Source: Planctomycetota bacterium (lineage in GTDB: Bacteria; Planctomycetota; B15-G4). From it: a DNA stretch of 64,000 nt. This document shows, one piece after another, positions 49,731-56,865 of the stretch. Position numbers and translations under genes: made by a program. A model generated the notes under the pieces. The model worked only from the letters and a program-made list of their open reading frames with translations, made no database searches and was not told the DNA's origin. The number at the start of each line of letters is the position of its first letter. Within the stretch, counting starts at the first letter, position 1. Location of the stretch: contig CBDFJQ010000002.1 of NCBI GenBank assembly GCA_965248575.1, positions 2,176,001-2,240,000 on the forward strand, given 5' to 3'.

Positions 49731-50732
49731 CTAGTTCGACCAGTAGTTGATGATGCTGCCGAGCTGGCCAACCGAGACGTAGCTCGGCTGGACCGCGACG
49801 GAGCTGGGATCCCAGGTGTTGCCATAGGCGAGCCCGGACGTCCAGGCCTGCGGCTTCCTGTCCGCCCAGACTTGGTCGAGGTCGGTGTCCAGTTGCGGGA
49901 CGGTGACCGACTGGATATGGCCGTTGACCGAGCCCGTGCTGTCGATGGTGACGGAGTGGGCCACGATGTCCCCGTGCATCTGCACGGTCCCTGAATTCCA
50001 CCCTGTTCCCACGATGCCGTCTGGCATGAGGATGACGACGCCGGGGAGGTAATCAGCGGAGTCAATGCGCAGATTGCCGTCGATGAGCAGCGTCGGGGCG
50101 CTCGCGGATTCGAAGATCCCGAAAGCGCTGTCGTCCAAGGAGCTGGCCGAGACGATGGCCCCCTCCAGAACAACATTGCTCAATCGGAGTTCCACTCCGG
50201 CTTCAACAACGTGCAGGCCTTCCAAATCCACATCCGACAAAATAGTGTCCGCGGCGTACCAGGTCTTTGGCACCGAGGAGTCCGCTAGCAAAGAATCGAT
50301 CGTCGCCTTGGGCAGATACGGGAGGTCGTCGGGACCGGACGGAGTGCTCGTGGGATCGGGTGTGAATGTCGCTTGGATCAACTTTACGGCCCCCTCGCCG
50401 TTCGGCATGGTGGACTGAACGAGAATGTCGCGCTGGGAAACGCTGGGTTCGCTGACAGTCAGGGTGGTCGTGGACCCACCCTCCGACACGTAGGAGCCCT
50501 GGACAGCTTGGCCGGTCAGTAAGGCCTGGCGCGCATACTCGGCGCCGGAGTTCGCAGCTTCGCGGCCCTCGATGAGCGATGGCGACGCGAGCGATGTCCG
50601 TTGGCCAGCGATCTGGTGGTGAGCGTAGGTGGCGGCGAGAGTCGCCACCAAACCACTGATGACCAGCACGGCCACCATGATGAACCCAGACTCCCGACGG
50701 AGTGCTGGTACGTGGAGCGGGGAATGATTCAT
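49731..50732 (-). CDS. PilX/GspK-like pilin (set B)
   Basis: SG|FIMVA with no Glu at +5; AREAANSGAEYA-like helix; ATGA overlap. Confidence 0.7.
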   Translation of the reverse strand: MNHSPLHVPALRRESGFIMVAVLVISGLVATLAATYAHHQIAGQRTSLASPSLIEGREAANSGAEYARQALLTGQAVQGSYVSEGGSTTTLTVSEPSVSQRDILVQSTMPNGEGAVKLIQATFTPDPTSTPSGPDDLPYLPKATIDSLLADSSVPKTWYAADTILSDVDLEGLHVVEAGVELRLSNVVLEGAIVSASSLDDSAFGIFESASAPTLLIDGNLRIDSADYLPGVVILMPDGIVGTGWNSGTVQMHGDIVAHSVTIDSTGSVNGHIQSVTVPQLDTDLDQVWADRKPQAWTSGLAYGNTWDPSSVAVQPSYVSVGQLGSIINYWSN

Positions 50733-51214
50733 GGGGAGATCCACCATTGGTAAGTGCCGGCCAGGTCGCTGCCCTCGAGCACGGCAACCGTGAGCCGGTA
50801 GATCTGCGTGCCGTCCTCCGACAGCCCGTCGACAGGATCCGCAAGCACTGGATTCGAAAGGTCATTCACGTCGTAGACGGCGAGGTCGACGGACTGCGTC
50901 CATCCCACGTACCGCGTCCAGGGAGACTTGTCCGCCTTCAACGGTGGCGAGAAGAGAGCGCCTTCCAGGGAGTCGAGGGCCAGCACACCGCTCCCGGCCG
51001 TGGCACCGACTGCTCCGCTGGGAGCCTTGGGCAGGGTGCTTGCCAGTACGTGGACTTCCCGCGCGATGAGAGAAGCTGTGACGGACTCCGACCCCACGAT
51101 GGACTTTGCCTTCGTGGTAGCGGACATGGTCCACGTGCAGGTGATCACGGCGACGCCCAGGAGTGCCGCTGAGACGAGCACCTCAATGAGTGTGAAACCA
51201 GTTTGCGTCCTCAT
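50729..51214 (-). CDS. minor pilin/pseudopilin, PilV/GspI-like (set B)
   Basis: TG|FTLIE; shares AREvH.LA..LP, FSPP..AD, GWTQSV, YRL.V, TY.WW with set A. Confidence 0.8.
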   Translation of the reverse strand: MRTQTGFTLIEVLVSAALLGVAVITCTWTMSATTKAKSIVGSESVTASLIAREVHVLASTLPKAPSGAVGATAGSGVLALDSLEGALFSPPLKADKSPWTRYVGWTQSVDLAVYDVNDLSNPVLADPVDGLSEDGTQIYRLTVAVLEGSDLAGTYQWWISP

Positions 51215-52611
51215 GGGCCGACGTCTCCTACCTGGCTGGGAACCACCCCCCGCCAGGGGTCAACCACGGCAACCTGGCCCTGGACGACGCTTGAGCTCGA
51301 CAATTGCCGGCCGTCCGCCAGTGCCACGTCCAGAGTGACTCTCGAAACGGCCAGCGTCTCGGACGTCTGTGTGCAGGTCTGGTCCCCGGAGAGCGTCATG
51401 GGGATACCCAGTGCCTGGGGCGTGAAGCTCCCGCCGCCGGTCTTGAGAGCCACCCCGCTCCCGAAGGAAGACACGGTAGGAGTCGCCAGGATGCGCGCCT
51501 CGTCCCAACCGTCAACGCTGAAGACCACACTATAGGAGCGCCCTGGCTCGATGACGATGCCGAACTGCGAGAGGTCGACGTCCACCTGCATGGCGGCGGG
51601 TGTGACGATCATGTCTACGTCGTCGTGCTGGCCCCACCAACCCCATGCAACACCCCCAGGCACGTCGATCGGGTTGTGGTGGTGCTTCTTGCCGGGGAAG
51701 TCGCACTCGCCATCGAGGTCGTCATCCTTGCAGTTCTCGGAGCCTTGCGAGCCGGACGGAGTGTCTGGTGGATAGGCCTGCTCGTCCCGGGTCGTGTCCC
51801 ACCAGACGAAGCTGGTAGGCGGGATGTCGGTCGCGGGAATATCGATGGAGCCCAGCAGTGGACCGTATGGCCTCGCGTCGTCGGGCGCTCGCGCCTCGTA
51901 AAGCTCCGCGATCAGTCGGTTGCCCGGGTACCCCGGATGGCTTGGGTTGTGCGGCGGAGTCGCGTGCAGGTGACAGAACTCCTTGAGACTGCCATCGAGG
52001 AAGGAGATCGTCAGCGAAATCTGGTCGACGGTCGCTGCCAGCCGCTCTTCGTCCACTCCGGCGACGGTGTTCACCGAATCCGGCGCATCGTCATCCATGT
52101 GGAAGCCCAACGCCATGGCGTCCCCGGGCTGCAAGACGATCTCGACGTCTGGGCCGGTGGGCTTCTGCTTCGTGAACCACGGCCCTGCGGAGACGACAGG
52201 TGATGCGTCGCGCAATCGCTGAGTGGTGTCCACGGAAAAGGCGACGCTGGCAACGCCGTCGAGCAACCCGCCCTGCACCCCCGAGGGACGCGTCAAACGG
52301 AGCTCGTCTCCCACCAACTGGTAGGTGGTGACGTTGCCCTGCGGGTCGGCGACACGCAGTTCGTTGGCACTGGGGACCTCGGCCCACCAAGCATCGCGCA
52401 CCCGCTCCGTAACCTGGACCACCACCTCTTCGAGACGGGCGTCTGGTTCGTCACGGACATACTCCAACTCCTCGCCGAAGAGCTGCATCCCGGAGGCGAG
52501 GGAAGTGACCAGTACGGACCCGATGGTGAGTGCCAACAGGATCTCGACGAGCGTGAAACCCGTCGAGAGTCTCACCGGAGAGCGCGTTTCCTGCGTTGCT
52601 GCAACCTGCAT
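51211..52611 (-). CDS. large minor pilin/pseudopilin, PilW/GspJ-like (set B)
   Basis: TG|FTLVE; ATG 52611 after GAGGT; shares TRPSG..G, TT.RLRD, IEPG, PW.G.VP with set A. Confidence 0.8.
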   Translation of the reverse strand: MQVAATQETRSPVRLSTGFTLVEILLALTIGSVLVTSLASGMQLFGEELEYVRDEPDARLEEVVVQVTERVRDAWWAEVPSANELRVADPQGNVTTYQLVGDELRLTRPSGVQGGLLDGVASVAFSVDTTQRLRDASPVVSAGPWFTKQKPTGPDVEIVLQPGDAMALGFHMDDDAPDSVNTVAGVDEERLAATVDQISLTISFLDGSLKEFCHLHATPPHNPSHPGYPGNRLIAELYEARAPDDARPYGPLLGSIDIPATDIPPTSFVWWDTTRDEQAYPPDTPSGSQGSENCKDDDLDGECDFPGKKHHHNPIDVPGGVAWGWWGQHDDVDMIVTPAAMQVDVDLSQFGIVIEPGRSYSVVFSVDGWDEARILATPTVSSFGSGVALKTGGGSFTPQALGIPMTLSGDQTCTQTSETLAVSRVTLDVALADGRQLSSSSVVQGQVAVVDPWRGVVPSQVGDVGP

Positions 52612-52723
52612 CTGGAAGACCTCAGTTCGGGGACCTCCCTCTCTCTTCGATACTGACGCTCCCCCTATCGTGCCTGGCTGGGGGTGACTTGGCTTTTCAC
52701 CCGAGAAACCTCGGGTTGGTTGC

Positions 52724-53566
52724 TCAGGGGGCGACCGGGAGCACAACGTGCAGCAGCACCTGGTCCGCATCGTCACGCACCTGGAGCTCACGGCCGCTCA
52801 AGGCCGCCAGATCGCTCACGCCCAGGGGAAGGGGTGCACCCAGGTGTGTGTCGCGCCGGTAGCGCCCGTTGGAGGAGCTGCCCTTGCGATCGAAGAGGCC
52901 TGCGTCGACGAACACTCCGGAGTCTGCGGCCAATTCGCAGAACAAGTGGATGTCCGAGGTGCCAAAGGGCGCCTTCTTGACCTTGATGGACAGTCGGTGC
53001 TGCCCCTTGTCCGCCTTGGAACGGATCGACAGCTGACCGGACACGACTGAGTCGCCCTCCGCCTCTGGGTCGTCCAGCTTCGCCTTGTGCTTCACGGGCT
53101 TCTTGGATGCTGCGAGGTCGGGGCCGACGCCCTCCAAGATCAGGTCGCTTCCTTGCCGGACCTCGATCCGGCGGTCCACGAGGTCGGCCAGCGAGTCCAC
53201 GCCCAGGGGCAAGGAACCGCCATCCCCCTCGTCTGCGGACCAGCGGAGCTTGCCGTCCACGGCATCCAGAACGCCGAGATCTGAGAACGTCCCGGCACCC
53301 ACGCCGTCCTCCAGGAAGAGGTTGTGCTGAAGGCTGACATCCACCTTCCGCACGAGGACATCCACCCTGGCGACGCTCACATCTTTCTTGGACTTGGATC
53401 GGAAGCGCATCTTGCCGCGAGCATCTCCATCGACGGGAGAGACCGGTCGAACGAGGCTTCCGACCACGTCCACCTTGCTCTTGGCCTTTCCGGGCGATAC
53501 CAATGCCGGGAGGTCGGCGGCTAAGAAAGCGAGGGCAAGGAGGGCCGCAAGAACTCGGCGTGACAT
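52724..53566 (-). CDS. secreted hypothetical protein with two internal ~130 aa repeats
   Basis: Signal peptide; LPLGVDSLADLVDRRIEVR versus LPLGVSDLAALSGRELQVR. Confidence 0.75.
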   Translation of the reverse strand: MSRRVLAALLALAFLAADLPALVSPGKAKSKVDVVGSLVRPVSPVDGDARGKMRFRSKSKKDVSVARVDVLVRKVDVSLQHNLFLEDGVGAGTFSDLGVLDAVDGKLRWSADEGDGGSLPLGVDSLADLVDRRIEVRQGSDLILEGVGPDLAASKKPVKHKAKLDDPEAEGDSVVSGQLSIRSKADKGQHRLSIKVKKAPFGTSDIHLFCELAADSGVFVDAGLFDRKGSSSNGRYRRDTHLGAPLPLGVSDLAALSGRELQVRDDADQVLLHVVLPVAP

Positions 53567-53867
53567 GGTGAGTCTCTGGTTCTTGTGATTGATGGGTTGA
53601 TCCAGCTCGCGAACCCATGTTCGGTGAGACCAGGGTGCGACTTGACCGTTCGCTCCTGATGAGCTGGCCCCGGAGCATGCGTTCGTACAACGAGCGAGCT
53701 GCTCCTCCCGAAAAGTGCGTCCGAGTCCCAGTCCCTCCCGTTAACTCCCTCCGCCTCCTCACCATGAAAGCTCGCGGGCAATACCAAGTGCTTGAGGGCC
53801 GTGTGCCTCCCGAGCAGGGAATCTGGGTCCCTCTTGTGCAATCAGGCTGAGTCGTGTCTTTGCAAAC

Positions 53868-54295
53868 AGATGCCGTCAAGATGGAGACTTGGCACTCAGG
53901 TTCGTGTCCTCGCCGGTATCGGACCACACGCCGGGGGCACCGAGGGCTTCCTCCTGGGCGCACGACCGGTCTCCGGCACCCACGTTCCGCAAATTAGAGA
54001 GTCGATTCCTCCTAACCGCACAGCCGGGGAACCAGTTGTTGCGCCTTGTGGGAACCGCGACGTCAAGGAGCGCGCGAGGTGGAGGGTGCGCGACGTCCCG
54101 GCGTTTGCGCTCCCTGGACGGGGGTGCTCGGGCGCTGTTCGCAAATACGGACGTTTGAGCGATCGCTCGCTGCGACATGCGAGGGGGCGCGACGTCTGGC
54201 CGGTCGCGGGGTGGTCGGGACGGTGTCGGACCCCGTTTGGCCCTCGGGCTCTCTGTCATCTCGGCTGCCTCAAGTGTCAGCGACAGAATCGGACT
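53868..54295 (+). repeat. junction module copy 3 (tRNA T-arm fragment + two units + CCGGGGAACCA + flank)
   Basis: AGGTTCGTGTCCTCGCCGG at 53898-53916 (18/19 to the tRNA); GCCGGGGAACCAGTTGT at 54023-54039; GGACCCCGTTTGG...CTCTCTGTCATCTCGG shared with copy 1. Confidence 0.85.
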
Positions 54296-55362
54296 TCCAC
54301 GCCCTCCACCACGCCTCCGGGCTTGGGCCAAGGCCTTCGCGGCAGCAGTGCGAAGAGACCACCTCGACGGGAGAGGGCGGTGCGTCCACCTCCAACGACG
54401 CGAAACTGCCCACTCTCGAGAATGGCCTCCAACTCAGGAACCACGCCGAGGGCTTGCTGAAGATGGGCGGCGTGACTCGTCGCCCGGTCCTTGAAGCCTC
54501 AGGAGTGGCAGTCTTGGCTGCGGATGTTCATGGTGCGCGCACGCTAGCGCGCCGCTGCGCCGACGGCTCGCGGACAATCGGAGCGCAGAAGCACGTCCCC
54601 CTCTCCTATTGCGGAGCGACAAATCATGCCCGTCCAAGATGTCGCAAATCGCTACAACCGGCAGGCGCCCGCCTACCTTGAGTCCTGGGCGTCGGTCCTT
54701 CACGGGCCGGGGCGACGGATCCTGGCTGAGTTCGAAGCTGCCGGAGCGCGCCGTGTGCTCGACGTCGGCGCAGGAGTGGGCTCTTTGATGCCGCATGTGC
54801 AGGCGAGCTTTCCCGGTGCGGCCGTGCTCGGATGTGATGGTTCGCCCGGCATGCTGGCCCTCAGACCCGAAGGCACGCTGGCCGCGGTCATGGATGCGAG
54901 CCGGCTGGCTGTCTCCCCGGCGAGCGTGGATCTGGTGCTCGCGGTCTTCATGCTCTTCTTCCTCGAAGAACCAGTCGTGGGTCTGCGCGAGATGCGGCGC
55001 GTGCTACGGCCGGGAGGGAGTCTGGTGCGGAGGCCCCGCCTGCACCTCCGGTCAAGAACGATGAAGCCGTGGAGACTCCGGAGAAGATGGCCTGCCTCCT
55101 GGAAGCCGCGGGCTTCACGGCGGTGCGATCGTGGACGGAGGAACATGCCGTCACCATCGATCTCGAGCAGGTCATCCGCCTCAAGACAACCCTCGGACAC
55201 GAGAGGGTCCTGTTCGAGACTCTGGCCCCTGACGCGCGGACGGTCTGTATTGAACGCGCACGGGAACGACTCAGCTCGCTGCAGCCGAAAGACTTCGTGG
55301 CGCGCGCGACGATCGTCTTCGCGACCGGTCGCGGTGCCGGCTGAAGAGTTGTGGATTCCGAA
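54267..55362 (+). repeat. direct duplication, copy B (85 bp shorter)
   Basis: Near-identical to 43866-45046. Confidence 0.95.
54626..55344 (+). pseudogene. frameshifted copy of the methyltransferase
   Basis: 85 bp deletion between GGAGTCT repeats (44616 and 44701 in copy A); the C-terminal half continues in another frame to the original stop. Confidence 0.9.
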
Positions 55363-55394
55363 ACCCACAACGGATCCTTCGGGGTCCTCGCCGG

Positions 55395-55430
55395 CTTCAC
55401 CGGCTTCACCGGCTTCACCGGCTTCACCGG
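55395..55430 (+). repeat. 9 bp tandem repeat CTTCACCGG x4
   Basis: Read directly; preceded by a degenerate unit CCTCGCCGG. Confidence 0.95.
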
Positions 55431-55494
55431 CCTAGACTTCAACCCTGCCTCGGCAAGGGTCTCCGTCGGTAACTCGGTCGTCTTGTTTGACGAG

Positions 55495-56286
55495 TCACGG
55501 CGCCATCAACTGCCTGATCTGCTCGACCGCAGCGGCTACGTGCAGGTCCATGCCGACCTCACCCAGTTGCGCCGTCGCGTGGGTCGGATCACCGTCTACG
55601 CCGTGGACGTTTGCGCTCCGGCCGTCCGCCATCAGATCGGTCCGCACATGCTGTGGCGCGACGGCCATCAGCGTCGCGGTGTCACTCAGCCCCGCGTGCC
55701 CACCGATCGTCTCATCCGACTCTCCCTGTTCGCGCAGCCAGTCCTCGAAAGCTGGTGACGCATACCAGGCGGAGATGTAGTGCACGCGGACTTCGTCCGA
55801 CGCCCACTCCTCATTCAAGGCTCCCGCCACCTCCCGCATGCCCTGTTGGTTCCCTCCGCTGTCACCGATGAACAGGATGTCGGTGAAGCCGTGCACCTTC
55901 AGGCTCCGCGCGGTGTGCTCGAGCAGCGCCTTGAACACGTCTCGCGGGATGGAGATCGTCCCGGCGAATTGCATGTGACCGGTCGGCGGGTCGATGTCAC
56001 CTTCGGGGACATGGGTGATGATCGGTGCGACCAGCGTGTTGCCGAGTTCTCGAGCAATCCGCTCCGAGCCTGCGTTCATCCGGTACTTGTGTTTCCCCAG
56101 CACGACGTGCGGACCGTTCTGTTCGGTCCCAGCCGTGGGGACGATGATGGTCGTCGTTCCTTTGTCGATGGCCTCCCGGACCTCCATCCAAGTGAGCTCC
56201 TCCAGGAACACCGTGTCCGGGGTCCGCGGCAGGGCGTTCGAGAACGAACACAAGGCGACGAATACGCAGAGTGCCAGCTTTGTCAC
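55495..56286 (-). CDS. creatininase family amidohydrolase with signal peptide
   Basis: LEELTW.E, GTEQNGPH, H..FAGT, SGGN, HAG..DT; GTG start after GGAG. Confidence 0.85.
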   Translation of the reverse strand: MTKLALCVFVALCSFSNALPRTPDTVFLEELTWMEVREAIDKGTTTIIVPTAGTEQNGPHVVLGKHKYRMNAGSERIARELGNTLVAPIITHVPEGDIDPPTGHMQFAGTISIPRDVFKALLEHTARSLKVHGFTDILFIGDSGGNQQGMREVAGALNEEWASDEVRVHYISAWYASPAFEDWLREQGESDETIGGHAGLSDTATLMAVAPQHVRTDLMADGRSANVHGVDGDPTHATAQLGEVGMDLHVAAAVEQIRQLMAP

Positions 56287-56464
56287 GGTCAATTCTCCAG
56301 GGTCCACCAGATCGAAGGATCCGTGCCTCGCCTCGAGAATGACGACGCGGGCCAGGCCGCTCTCCCGCTGCGGTTCCAACACCCACTGAGGATAGGTGAA
56401 AGAAAGCCGTGCCTCCCGACAAGTTCGTCCGAGTTCCGGTTTCACGATCAGCCCTCACAAAGGG

Positions 56465-56712
56465 GATGTCGTCAAGACGTGTGATTCCGCGTCATGGTTC
56501 GAGTCCTCACTGGTACCGGTCATCACGCCAGGCGAACCAAGAACTTCCTCCTGGGCGTTCGACCGGCAACCGGTGCGTACCCCCAGCGAAGCGAGAGCCA
56601 TTTCACCTGACGCGACGACCGGGGAACCAGTGAGCGCTGGTGGAGCGAACGCGGGGTCGTGCGGCGCGTGAGCCGGGGTGATTGGGGCGCGGCGATTGCG
56701 GAGGCTGGGCGG
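56465..56712 (+). repeat. junction module copy 4 (tRNA T-arm fragment + two units + CCGGGGAACCA + flank)
   Basis: GGTTCGAGTCCTCACTGG at 56496-56513; CCGGGGAACCAGT at 56619-56631; downstream TGGAGCGA...GGCGCGTGAG shared with copy 1. Confidence 0.85.
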
Positions 56713-56865
56713 GCTCTGGGGCCTGATCGCGGGCCTGAGACATGACCACAAGACGCACACCGGCTAGACTCGGCACGCCCACCGCAGCCCCCCGTCTTGA
56801 GCCCCCCTGCACCCTCGGGCCCATGGGGCTCGAGGTGACCCCACATCCTGCTGAGCTCAGCACAC

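Noticed and set aside
43866..55362. Duplication as a diversity-generating retroelement TR/VR pair or as an IS pair
   Set aside because: No reverse transcriptase, differences are not confined to adenines, and the repeat encodes a methyltransferase, not a transposase.
43652..56631. Junction units as a CRISPR array
   Set aside because: Only one or two diverged units per site, no constant repeat with unique spacers, and no cas genes.
53898..56631. Extra tRNA genes at copies 3 and 4
   Set aside because: Only T-arm and acceptor 3' fragments are present; no D-arm or anticodon arm.
39264..56712. Junction modules as classical integron attC sites
   Set aside because: No intI gene, no evident RYYYAAC/GTTRRRY-bounded palindrome, the cores are tRNA-derived, and cargo is multi-gene on both strands.
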